Source: an uncultured Gammaproteobacteria bacterium (GTDB taxonomy: Bacteria > Patescibacteriota > Patescibacteriia > Magasanikbacterales > GWA2-37-8). From it: a stretch of DNA of 64,000 nt. Location of the stretch: positions 19,250-83,249 of the forward strand of contig CAZINT010000003.1 in assembly GCA_964540825.1 (NCBI GenBank), written 5' to 3'. Below the pieces are notes generated by a model. The model was not told the DNA's origin. It made no database searches and saw only the letters and a list, made by a program, of their open reading frames with translations. The translations under genes were made by a program, and so were the position numbers. Of the stretch, positions 17,434 through 26,381 are shown piece after piece. Position 1 is the stretch's first letter. Every line of letters starts with the position of its first letter.

Positions 17434-18838
17434 AGAGTACGGGCGGAAACTTTGTAGGCACAGCTACCGAAGGAGTTTCGTGAAATAAAATTTTATAAAA
17501 TTCCGGCATCAATTCATCAACCGCTTCGCCGAGCGTACACGAGCGCAGCAGGGTTTTGAGGACTTCGGCCGTCGAGGCATCTTGATACAACAAAAAATCA
17601 AAACTGCTTGCTCCCACCATCCGATGTATCGTTTGCAAGTTTAAACATGCAAAATCAGCAGCCAGATAGTCGGTTTCAATCACTCGAATCATTTCAAGCT
17701 CCCGCTCTAAAGCATCCGTGGCCATGAGCAGCTGTTCATAGCGTTTTTTCATGTCAGCTAAATAGCTTACCTGCAAAAAACCACCTCCGCAGCGTAAACC
17801 ATAATAAAATGACAGCACGATATAACAAAGTGCCATGCTTGGAATAAGCTCTTTACGCCCGAGCGCCTTACCGAGCGCTTCTGGGGTTAATTCTACCATA
17901 TATTCCCCGTCTTCTGACACTAGCGCAGCATCTTGGCGTAACAAAGATTTTCTTTCACCTCGGACAAGTGCCCAGAACAAAAAAGTACCCTTTCTTTCCT
18001 CGAACGAAAAAGCCCCGACGCAGCCATCAAACAAACGCTCAAAAGCCTGATACCAAACAGCGTCGCTGACCAACTTATTGAGTATTGTATTTTGACCCAA
18101 ATGATACTCTGCCAAAAGTTCGTTAACAATACTCTCTTGATCAAGAAAAAGACAGGCGGCATTTTCTTGCCCGGCAATTTTTTTCCAGAGCCAATAGTTG
18201 GTATAACTGATCTGTTCGGCATAGGTAGGCAAAGAAAGAACCTTTGCAGAACCAAAAATAGTATCAAGTGTTGAGCGGAGTATCTCGAGGCGTTCAGACG
18301 AAATATCTTGGTGAACCAGATGGTCGCGAAGCACCCTGAAATCTTCTTCTCCATATCCGGCTAATCCGTACACAGGATGATGCCGCTCGCGCAGACTGAA
18401 AAAAGATACACGCAGCTCCTCGCCTGATCGAGTATGAAAAAAATGACCACGCGGAAACGAAGAATTATTAAGCGAAATACTGCTGCACGATAAAACTATA
18501 TTTACCGCCTTTTTCTGCTCGCCAAGAGCCGCTAAACGACTCCATTGTCCCGTTACTGAAAAAGGGTGCGTAAGCGGCCCATGATGGTCGCCAGTTGACA
18601 CGGTGTAATGCTCGCGCAGTTCCGTGAGAACAGCCGGCACAATACCCGGGTCGATAAGACGTACTCTTTTTTCTATACTAGCCAGCAGCTCTTTTTGTCG
18701 TTCAATCGAAACCGTCGGCGGGTTTCCCATGGTTTGCGTGTGGTACGACAACAAAGACAAGCCGCCGCGCGTAGCCAGAATTTTTTTTAAACCAGGCGCA
18801 ACCTCTAAAACTCGAGAACGTAATTCAGCAAAATCCAT
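17423..18838 (-). CDS. Conserved hypothetical protein (471 aa), first gene of the three-gene operon with the ATP-grasp and TPM genes.
   Basis: Long ORF with balanced composition. No motif I can name. Confidence 0.5.
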   Translation of the reverse strand: MDFAELRSRVLEVAPGLKKILATRGGLSLLSYHTQTMGNPPTVSIERQKELLASIEKRVRLIDPGIVPAVLTELREHYTVSTGDHHGPLTHPFSVTGQWSRLAALGEQKKAVNIVLSCSSISLNNSSFPRGHFFHTRSGEELRVSFFSLRERHHPVYGLAGYGEEDFRVLRDHLVHQDISSERLEILRSTLDTIFGSAKVLSLPTYAEQISYTNYWLWKKIAGQENAACLFLDQESIVNELLAEYHLGQNTILNKLVSDAVWYQAFERLFDGCVGAFSFEERKGTFLFWALVRGERKSLLRQDAALVSEDGEYMVELTPEALGKALGRKELIPSMALCYIVLSFYYGLRCGGGFLQVSYLADMKKRYEQLLMATDALERELEMIRVIETDYLAADFACLNLQTIHRMVGASSFDFLLYQDASTAEVLKTLLRSCTLGEAVDELMPEFYKILFHETPSVAVPTKFPPVLYAK

Positions 18839-18902
18839 ACTAACTAAACGATCGACAGCGCTATAATAAAAATACCCCGGTTACCAGGGTATTTTTAGCA
18901 TG

Positions 18903-18989
18903 CGGAGAGGGAGGGATTCGAACCCTCGAGGGCGGTGAAGCCCTGCAGCTTTAGCAAAGCTGGACGATAGACCACTCTGACACCTCTCC
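18903..18989 (-). tRNA. tRNA-Ser (anticodon GCU), class II with long variable arm.
   Basis: Reverse complement reads GGAGAGG...CAGCT-TTGCTAA-AGCTG, a 5-bp anticodon stem and 7-nt loop giving anticodon GCT. Variable arm AGGGC-TTCACC-GCCCT. T-arm GAGGG-TTCGAAT-CCCTC. G73 discriminator. CCA is not encoded. Confidence 0.8.
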
Positions 18990-19018
18990 CTGATTTACTA
19001 TATGGGTACGCTGGTTTG

Positions 19019-19105
19019 CGGAGAGACTGGGATTCGAACCCAGGGAACTCTTGCGAGTTCGGCAGTTTAGTAAACTGCTGCTTTCAACCGCTCAGCCATC
19101 TCTCC
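19019..19105 (-). tRNA. Class II tRNA with Ser-type identity elements. Anticodon loop reads UUACUAA, so the apparent anticodon is ACU.
   Basis: Reverse complement: GGAGAGA-TG-GCT-GAGCGGTTGAA-AGC-A-GCAGT-TTACTAA-ACTGC-(GAACTC-GCAA-GAGTTC)-CTGGG-TTCGAAT-CCCAG-TCTCTCC-G. The cloverleaf is clean, with G73 and a long variable arm as in tRNA-Ser. Position 34 is A rather than the G of its neighbour. Confidence 0.6.
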
Positions 19106-19226
19106 AACTTTAAGCCTAGGCGAGATCTGCCCCCCCCCTGGCAATCTCTTCACTAGCAGTTAATTTTGAGCTTTTATAGTGTAGCCAAACCCAAACCAAA
19201 AGTCAACAGAGCAGGCAGGGTCGGTA

Positions 19227-20912
19227 TTAAGCTGTAAAGGTGGCTGATGAGATGGGCTCTTTGGCAATAGTTTCATCGTCTTTACTCGGATCATTTTTGT
19301 GAACCATGGGTATCCAAAAGCCAAATTCGCTTCCTTTGCCAAGCCCCTGACTATGCGCCCAGATGCGCCCGCCATGTGTTTCAATAAACTTACGGCAAAC
19401 ATAGAGGCCAAGACCCGTGCCCGTAACATTAATGCCCTTAACATTTTCACCGCGATAAAACTTTTGGAAAAAATTTGCTTCGTCGATCTTATTAAATCCA
19501 AGACCATTGTCCGTAACAGTAACCGAAACGCCTGTTTCATCTTCAGCGAGCCCGACCGTAATTGAACCTTTGGTGCTGTACTTAATGGCGTTATCAATAA
19601 AATTAAAAATAACATGGCGCACTTTTTCATCATCAAATGATGGAGTAATTTGTTTTTTAGGTGCAGTCCACTTAATTTTAAGGCCTTTCTGTTCACCCCG
19701 GTCGCGCAATTCTTCGACAGCGCTGGTAATAACCTTCGAAATATCAGCTTCTTTAAAGGTAAACTTTGTGCGGCCTTGTTCGATACGCGTAATATCCAAA
19801 AATTCATCAACGAGCTTTGTAAGTCGGGCGTTACTTTCATCCATATTATCCAGCGTATCACGCATTTTTTTACCCACTTTACCATATCCGCCGTCTTTAA
19901 TAAGCTCAATATACCCGTTAATAATCGAAAGCGGTGTGCGGAGCTGATGTGCCGCAATAGATAGAAAGTCCGTTTTTTGACGATCAAGTTCTTGAAGCTG
20001 CGTATTAGCCTGCTCGAGCGACTCGGCCAGCGTCGTAATTTCTTCACGCTGTTTAATTTCATCGAGCACCGACCTAATCAGCAAAAGGCCGAAGATTGTT
20101 ACAACCATAACAACCACTAAACGAAAAACGATCTGTCCGACAGTCGGAGCAAACACAAGATCAGCTAAAAGGGCCAAAATCAACATGATGAGTGACATTT
20201 CGGTTACGACCGCCTTTATATTCATAAACTGGAACTTCGCAACCGCGTATCCGACGCCCGAAACAATAAACAACGTAAAAAATGGGCCTAATGCAATATA
20301 CAGGTAGTTGTGAAAGAAGGGTGACGGTAAAATGATGTTAAAATATCCGCCAAAAATAACCGCGATGATCATGCCGGTTAACAATGGAATCGACTGCTTT
20401 TTAAGCAGTGTATCAACTTGGGTAAGCCGGCGGCCAAACAAATACAATGCGCCGCAATAAAAGAATGAAAAATAACTCGCAAATAAAAAATAGCCCCAAG
20501 AGTTAAGCACGATTGAACGCGTACCATTCGGGAGCATGATTGCTTCTCGCACAATACCGCCTGGCCAGAGCAACACTATGCAAACAAGTGTAGTCGCAAG
20601 AAATAAAAACGTATGCGTTCGTCCGCTTAGTTTTTGCTGCTGCGGAAACAAATATACAAAGTTCCACAACGCAACCGCGATACCTATCCCAGCCACATAA
20701 ATGCCGCGCATTATTACAGCGGCGTATTCAAATGGAACGCGCAAAAATAACAAGAGCAGTACAGTCCAAACCGTGAGAAAAAAGGAAAAAAGGGTAAACG
20801 CAAGATTAACTTTATTCTTGGGATTATTTACCAGAATAAAGATGCTCATTAAAAAGTTGAAAACTCCGACGAAGAAAAGAAGATAGTCTTGAAAGCCTAG
20901 AGTAAAATTCAT
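19227..20912 (-). CDS. Membrane sensor histidine kinase, orphan (no response regulator adjacent). Start uncertain; ATGs at 20987, 20975 and 20912 are all in frame.
   Basis: Six or more N-terminal TM helices. H-box HQLRTPLSIINGYIEL. G1 box TVTDNGLGF. G2 box GTGLGLYVCRKFIETHGGRIWAHS. Confidence 0.8.
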   Translation of the reverse strand: MNFTLGFQDYLLFFVGVFNFLMSIFILVNNPKNKVNLAFTLFSFFLTVWTVLLLLFLRVPFEYAAVIMRGIYVAGIGIAVALWNFVYLFPQQQKLSGRTHTFLFLATTLVCIVLLWPGGIVREAIMLPNGTRSIVLNSWGYFLFASYFSFFYCGALYLFGRRLTQVDTLLKKQSIPLLTGMIIAVIFGGYFNIILPSPFFHNYLYIALGPFFTLFIVSGVGYAVAKFQFMNIKAVVTEMSLIMLILALLADLVFAPTVGQIVFRLVVVMVVTIFGLLLIRSVLDEIKQREEITTLAESLEQANTQLQELDRQKTDFLSIAAHQLRTPLSIINGYIELIKDGGYGKVGKKMRDTLDNMDESNARLTKLVDEFLDITRIEQGRTKFTFKEADISKVITSAVEELRDRGEQKGLKIKWTAPKKQITPSFDDEKVRHVIFNFIDNAIKYSTKGSITVGLAEDETGVSVTVTDNGLGFNKIDEANFFQKFYRGENVKGINVTGTGLGLYVCRKFIETHGGRIWAHSQGLGKGSEFGFWIPMVHKNDPSKDDETIAKEPISSATFTA

Positions 20913-21125
20913 ATAAAAAACACAGAAGCCGATGGATGGTTTGCTGACAACGTTCACTTGCGCGAACGGTATCATTATACCACACATCGGCTTTTCGCCC
21001 TACACCTTTCACCGTTCCTGGATCACCTACACAACAACACTGTTGCATTCATGTCCTAAGCGGACGCTCCTTTCGAGCGTACGGAGCATAGCGTTTTATT
21101 TTTACTTCTTCGCCCTTTTTTATTT

Positions 21126-22268
21126 TTAGGACTGGCGGTAAACAAATCCGCCGTATTGCGCGCCACCGCCGCCGGCGCCGACGAGCAGCCCAACGATCAG
21201 ATCGCCGGACTTCCCCCTCCGAAGAAGATCGATAAGCACACACACGCCGCTCACCACGGCCGGGTTGCCTTTCGTGCGCATGATGCGCGGCACAGCAGCC
21301 GGATCGTCGAGCAGGCTATCAGGCAGCTGACCACGCAGCCGCTTGATGACTCCATCGATGGCGAGCGAACTGGCCTGATGAAAGGCCAGGCCCGTGATGT
21401 CACCGGGTGAGATATTGTACTGCCGGAGTGTGGGTTGGACCATCTCCCAACCCGCGTACATGAGTCGCGGGAAGTTCTTGGCCACGTTATCAGCGTGCAT
21501 ATCGAACGACGCTTGAGCTATGTCTTCCAGCGGGTGGGTCCCGACTTTTCCATGAAAATCCATGAGAGGACAATCCAGATCGACCTGGTGGTCGTGGCTG
21601 AGGAATCCCACATCTCCGGACTGGAGCTCGAGCAGCAAGGCCGCCCCCATGTCGGAGAACATCACCTGACAGACCTTCCGGCCCATCTCCGGGCCGTAGT
21701 TCTTCCGAACCTCGGGCGTTGCCAGGTAGGTCGACGCCGAGTTCTGGACAAGGATCAGGGCGTAGCGCCCCGCCATGCCCGACCGAAGCTGGCCTTCCGC
21801 GAGGTTGAGCGCGGGCAAGAGGCCGGCGCAGCCGATCGAGAGCGGAAAGAGCTTGGTGTGACCACCCAGACCGAGGCCCTTGCGAATGGCACCCAGATCG
21901 TTCCCGAAACAAAGCGAATCGGGAGTGGCCGTGGCCACCACGACGAACCCGACTTGAGCCGGATCGATGCCCTGGATCGCCTCGCGGCCAGCGAGAATCG
22001 CCAGGTCATTGCCGCTGACACCGCCGTCTGCCCGGCTGCGCTTGACGAGCTGACCGCCCTCGCCCCTGACCATGTCGAGGCGACGCGCCTCGATCCCGAA
22101 GTGGTGTCTGGGGAGCCCAGCCGGCCAGAGCTTGTCGCGCTTCTCAAAATCACCCTGGTCTTTCGGGTACCGGATGTCGAACCCCTCGATGACCTCCTCG
22201 TTCGTGAAGGAGGTGGCGGGCTCGGCAACACCAGTACCAACAACAACCATGTTCTTTCTTGCAGTCAT
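21126..22268 (-). CDS. Thiolase-fold condensing enzyme, KAS III (FabH)-like or related type III PKS-like (GC-rich islet 2). Start moved to MTARKN.
   Basis: VVVGTGVAEP N-terminus. Active-site Cys context SIGCAGLLPAL. FHQASSLAID His motif. GGGAQYGG C-terminal Gly-rich loop. AAGGAGAAGG Shine-Dalgarno site. The upstream 117 nt of the track ORF is AT-rich and excluded. Confidence 0.6.
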   Translation of the reverse strand: MTARKNMVVVGTGVAEPATSFTNEEVIEGFDIRYPKDQGDFEKRDKLWPAGLPRHHFGIEARRLDMVRGEGGQLVKRSRADGGVSGNDLAILAGREAIQGIDPAQVGFVVVATATPDSLCFGNDLGAIRKGLGLGGHTKLFPLSIGCAGLLPALNLAEGQLRSGMAGRYALILVQNSASTYLATPEVRKNYGPEMGRKVCQVMFSDMGAALLLELQSGDVGFLSHDHQVDLDCPLMDFHGKVGTHPLEDIAQASFDMHADNVAKNFPRLMYAGWEMVQPTLRQYNISPGDITGLAFHQASSLAIDGVIKRLRGQLPDSLLDDPAAVPRIMRTKGNPAVVSGVCVLIDLLRRGKSGDLIVGLLVGAGGGGAQYGGFVYRQS

Positions 22269-22451
22269 GACCTTCTCCTTGGTAATGATCACTCGACGGG
22301 GATATGAACAGGAATCTAACGTGAGAGCAACATTACCCCCAAATAACAATTCTTTTTTAAAAAAAGAATATTTAATCGGGATCAATGTTTGTTAGCTTGA
22401 TCGCAAAGACACCTTATACATACACTAAAAAAAGCTTTTTGGCAAGGGTGA

Positions 22452-23174
22452 CTATCCCCGTGCGCCGACCAGACCCCAAACTTTTTCACACCCAGCCGCG
22501 AGTAAAACACGGGCGCATTCGCCCAGCGTACTGCCCGTGGTATAGACATCATCAACTAAAATTATGTTTTTTGATCCAGATGCTTGAGCAGCCTTAAATG
22601 CGCCATCCAAATTATGCTCTCGACCTTGTTTATCGAGCCGCGCTTGGTGAGGCGTATTTTTAATACGAATTAGAATTTTTGGCTCGATGCGTACAGAATA
22701 TCCAAGGCGCCGAAGACTTGCAGCGGCCTGACCAGCTAAAACTAACGATTGATTAAATCCCCGTTCTCGCTCGCGGCCGGGATGGAGCGGGACCGGTACT
22801 AAAACCACTTCTTCGCTTGGACGGAGCCATTCCGGAGGCTGGAAAACAAAATAAGTATAAAATAACTTTTCCCAGAGCCCGGCGGTATCAAGTGCTCCCT
22901 GGTATTTTAGAGCTTTGATAAGTTTGGCAGGCGGACCATCTTCTTCATAATTAAATAAAGCCGTAAGCCCGGCGAGGGATCCTACGGCTTTATTTAAAGT
23001 ACTCTGCTCTACTAAAAAAGGAAATTCTTTTTGACACTTTTCACACCACCACGATCCTTCGGACGAACACGTTACACAAAAACAAGGAAACAAGACCGAA
23101 CTTAAGAAATTACTGAGCCGCTTAAACAACATACTAAAAGTACGCTTCGGCAAAAATAAAATTATTTTCCCCAA
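22452..23174 (-). CDS. comFC: ComF-family phosphoribosyltransferase-domain competence protein (ComFC).
   Basis: N-terminal Cys4 zinc finger CFCVTC...CEKC. C-terminal PRTase loop IILVDDVYTTGSTL. Last gene of the T4SS-like operon (13-nt overlap with the upstream gene). Confidence 0.7.
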   Translation of the reverse strand: MGKIILFLPKRTFSMLFKRLSNFLSSVLFPCFCVTCSSEGSWWCEKCQKEFPFLVEQSTLNKAVGSLAGLTALFNYEEDGPPAKLIKALKYQGALDTAGLWEKLFYTYFVFQPPEWLRPSEEVVLVPVPLHPGRERERGFNQSLVLAGQAAASLRRLGYSVRIEPKILIRIKNTPHQARLDKQGREHNLDGAFKAAQASGSKNIILVDDVYTTGSTLGECARVLLAAGCEKVWGLVGARG

Positions 23175-23752
23175 ACAAAATTACTGACCAGCCAAGTATC
23201 CCCTGTTTTTACCATGGAGACCGTTATATTTTGCTGTACGCTGCTTGGCACAGTTCCCTGCAGTTGATTTCGGACAGTTTTGAAAAAGAATTCTGCATTT
23301 GTTCCTGACCATTTTTGAACATCCATGGTTACTACTTGAGTGGTAACTCCGGTAAAGACAGCTGCTTTAGCGGTAGTTTTGGGTGCAATTTTTTGCCACA
23401 GCTCAGGGGTTACGAGCGAGCGCACTTCTTCAAGATTTTGTGAATTGTTATCGGTTGAATACGTTCCATAGCGTTCCACAAAAATACGGGCTAATTGTTT
23501 GGCACCATTTTGTTCAATTTCATCCGATGTACGAGCGCGAATCGGCAGTCCGGCGGGAATAGTTGTAGGCTGCTGGCCAGTTTCAATCGGTAGGGTTTCT
23601 CCCGGAGTTGTACTGGTAGAAGATGGTGTTTGGCTTGTTCCTGCAGGCGTATTTTTATTTCGTGAGCGAACAAAGAAAATAGCCCCGATTATAAGTCCGA
23701 CGACTACAACTACGCCAATAATGATAAAAATACGAGAACGGAGTGAAAGCAT
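23162..23752 (-). CDS. Bitopic membrane protein of the T4SS-like operon. Possible VirB8-like (NTF2-like C-domain) component.
   Basis: N-terminal TM helix, Thr/Pro-rich linker, about 120-aa globular C-domain. The VirB8 assignment rests on architecture and position only. Confidence 0.35.
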   Translation of the reverse strand: MLSLRSRIFIIIGVVVVVGLIIGAIFFVRSRNKNTPAGTSQTPSSTSTTPGETLPIETGQQPTTIPAGLPIRARTSDEIEQNGAKQLARIFVERYGTYSTDNNSQNLEEVRSLVTPELWQKIAPKTTAKAAVFTGVTTQVVTMDVQKWSGTNAEFFFKTVRNQLQGTVPSSVQQNITVSMVKTGDTWLVSNFVWGK

Positions 23753-23790
23753 ACAGTAAAATAATAAGTAAGCAGGTTAATACCAAATTT

Positions 23791-25671
23791 TTAAGCGGCG
23801 CTTTGCTGGTCAAATTCTTTTTTGGCTTTTTCAATATCCAAAAGCTGCTGCGGATTAGTAGTTACAATCTGGTCTTCGGTGTAGGACGCGACAACTTTAA
23901 TAGCGGCGTGCTTAAGCCCCGCAAAAAATATACCTTCCCCAATACCGCTTTCGAGGAGCAGATATTTTTCGCTGTCAGTCAGCAAGAACACTTTTTGGAT
24001 AAGATCAATTGCCGCCGGAGACTGACGCATCAGAAGCTGCAACGACGAGCTGGTAACAATGGCCTGACCGTACTGCGACTTTAAAAAGTCATTAACATCC
24101 TGAGTAATCGTCGTCACGCCAAGGAAATACTTGCGGCATCGTTTGACCAGCGCATAAATAAAGCGGGCACTATCTTCATGCTGCATGAGCCACCAGGCTT
24201 CATCAATAACGAGAATACGCTTTTTGCTTTCACTACGAACAACGTTCCAAATATAGTTAACAATAGCATAGATACCTAAGGGGCGCAGCTCATCTTCAAG
24301 ATCACGGACACTGAATACAACCAATTGGTTTTTCATGTCCACGTTTGTGGGCGAATTAAATAAGCCGCTAAATGTTCCTTCGGTAAACTTCTGAAGTTTC
24401 AAAATAAGCTGGCTTGAGCCTTCCATACCTTCCAAAATTTCTTGCAAATCCTGCATGATCGGCGGCTGAACCGTATTGAGATCCGCTTCGGCCGTGATAT
24501 CTTTTTTGGCATAGGTTTCAATGAGCGCCCTGTCGACAATGGAATCTTCTTCGGTGGTTATACCGCCAAGCATGATGCGCAAAAGCCCTTTGACGGTAAT
24601 AACCGCACCGCGAATAATATCTTCAGTCGAAAAATCTTTACCAGTCGGGCGCGGCAAATCAAACGGGTTAATTTTACTTTCACTTGAGAGTGAAATATTA
24701 ATATAGGTTCCACCAACCGCATCGGACAAATGTTTGTATTCCATTTCCGGGTCAATAATAATCACCTCGACGCCCATCATGAGACTGCGTAAAATTTCGA
24801 GTTTAATCGCATAACTTTTACCCGCACCAGAGGTCGCAAACACCACCATGTTAGCGTTCTGCAAAGAAAACCGGTCAAACAAAATAAGGCTGTTATTGTG
24901 GCGGTTGATGCCGTATAAAATACCATCGTCACTCGTAAGCTCTGCCGAAATAAACGGGAACGACGCGGCAATCGGCGACGAGTTCATGTTAAACGCAATC
25001 ATCAGCTCGTCATTACACAGCGGCAGCGTGGAGTTAAAACCCTGCTCGCCTTGGAACAATACTTTGCGGCTGCTGATCAGTTTAGCGCCGAAGATACCCT
25101 CGATGTCTTCCGAAATTTGATCCAGCTTTTCTTTGGTCTCGGCGTAGACAGTGACGTAAAAAGCAAATTGGAAAAAGTGCTCAACCCCCTGGGTTAAATT
25201 ATCGCGCAGCTGTTCAACATCGCGCAGCGCCGTCTCGCGGAGCGGATCCCTTGGGGCGCCCTTGTCGGCATCAGCGTTAATCTGGGCTTCGAGTGCACCA
25301 ACTTTGTTTTTGAGTTGTTTTAAAATAATTTCCGCCTTCACCGGATAAAAGAACATACTGATATCCATGGTGATCGACAAGTTAATCACCGGCGAACTCC
25401 AACCGATCGAAATATAACGGGGATATGAAACAATAAAAATCGTGCGGCAAAAAACCGTACCCAGTTGCAAAAAATTTGTTTCAACATTAAAGGCAGCGGG
25501 TGCAATAAGGTCGCGAATGGATACCACGCCTTCTCTGTAAATCCGCTCTTCTTCAAGCGTGATGAGTTCATCCTGCTCCTTTTTTTTGAGCACGGTTTCC
25601 TCGCTGACCATTTTTTTCTTGGCCAGTGATTCACTGTCTTTGCTGTTTAAAATCGACGGTTTAAAAGCCAT
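23791..25671 (-). CDS. VirB4/TrbE/CagE-family T4SS ATPase, C-terminal ATPase portion.
   Basis: Walker A VVFATSGAGKSYAIK. Walker B RILVIDEAWWLMQ. Overall VirB4 C-domain pattern. Confidence 0.85.
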   Translation of the reverse strand: MAFKPSILNSKDSESLAKKKMVSEETVLKKKEQDELITLEEERIYREGVVSIRDLIAPAAFNVETNFLQLGTVFCRTIFIVSYPRYISIGWSSPVINLSITMDISMFFYPVKAEIILKQLKNKVGALEAQINADADKGAPRDPLRETALRDVEQLRDNLTQGVEHFFQFAFYVTVYAETKEKLDQISEDIEGIFGAKLISSRKVLFQGEQGFNSTLPLCNDELMIAFNMNSSPIAASFPFISAELTSDDGILYGINRHNNSLILFDRFSLQNANMVVFATSGAGKSYAIKLEILRSLMMGVEVIIIDPEMEYKHLSDAVGGTYINISLSSESKINPFDLPRPTGKDFSTEDIIRGAVITVKGLLRIMLGGITTEEDSIVDRALIETYAKKDITAEADLNTVQPPIMQDLQEILEGMEGSSQLILKLQKFTEGTFSGLFNSPTNVDMKNQLVVFSVRDLEDELRPLGIYAIVNYIWNVVRSESKKRILVIDEAWWLMQHEDSARFIYALVKRCRKYFLGVTTITQDVNDFLKSQYGQAIVTSSSLQLLMRQSPAAIDLIQKVFLLTDSEKYLLLESGIGEGIFFAGLKHAAIKVVASYTEDQIVTTNPQQLLDIEKAKKEFDQQSAA

Positions 25672-25685
25672 ACAACTACAAAAAA

Positions 25686-26381
25686 TTAAACTCCTTCTTC
25701 CACCTGAAGGTCGCTAAGGGCCGGCAAGTGTTCGGTAAGCGCAATATCTGGATTATACGTTGAATAATAGAGCTCAATCAAAGCCTGTGTATCGAGCCTG
25801 ACTACCGTTAGGCCCATACTGCTGAGTCCTGATTCAATTTGCCTGACGCGCATATCTAAGTCGTATTTGCGTTTCAAAAATTTCTCTCCTTTAAGGTGCA
25901 CTGCATTGGCGGGATTGAAAATTTCACCGACCCGGGCAAAGAAACTTTTTTGACGATTGGAAACCGGATCATAGGGCACGATCACAAAAAACTGTTTGCT
26001 CATGATTTCGCCCAGGCTGATAAGTTCGGTAACGAACGATCGATAATCGGCAATCTGCGCACGCAAGAGTTCATTGACTTGTAAACGCTCTTTCTCGAGC
26101 AGCTTATCGAGGTAGGGTTTGATATAGAGCTTACGCGATTGGATAAGGACCTGCAGCGGGTATTCAAGTGAATTTAAAAACGATACATACGAAGAAATAA
26201 TAGCATTTTGCTCATCTTCGTTTTTGAGCGCAAAATTAATACTCGAGACAAGTAAAACAGCCCGGAGTGTTCCGTCTTTCATTACGACTGTATCGTTTTT
26301 GATTTCACCGATCAAAAGATGCAGTTGGGTCGGCGCGGTCCTTTTTTTATTTTTAGCTGCTTGTTTATTTTTCATACGCAC
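25686..26381 (-). CDS. VirB4 N-terminal domain encoded as a separate ORF.
   Basis: 231 aa. VMKDGTLRAVLLVSSINFALKNEDEQNAIISSYVSFLNSLEYPLQVLIQSRK resembles the VirB4/TrbE N-terminal domain. A TAA stop is followed by a 14-nt spacer with AAGGAG, then the ATG of the ATPase gene. Confidence 0.5.
   Translation of the reverse strand: MRMKNKQAAKNKKRTAPTQLHLLIGEIKNDTVVMKDGTLRAVLLVSSINFALKNEDEQNAIISSYVSFLNSLEYPLQVLIQSRKLYIKPYLDKLLEKERLQVNELLRAQIADYRSFVTELISLGEIMSKQFFVIVPYDPVSNRQKSFFARVGEIFNPANAVHLKGEKFLKRKYDLDMRVRQIESGLSSMGLTVVRLDTQALIELYYSTYNPDIALTEHLPALSDLQVEEGV

Noticed and set aside
19160-20062. 300-aa minus-strand ORF overlapping the histidine kinase in another frame.
   Set aside because: Sits inside the well-supported kinase ORF (H-box and G-boxes). 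K/L/R-rich low-complexity translation.
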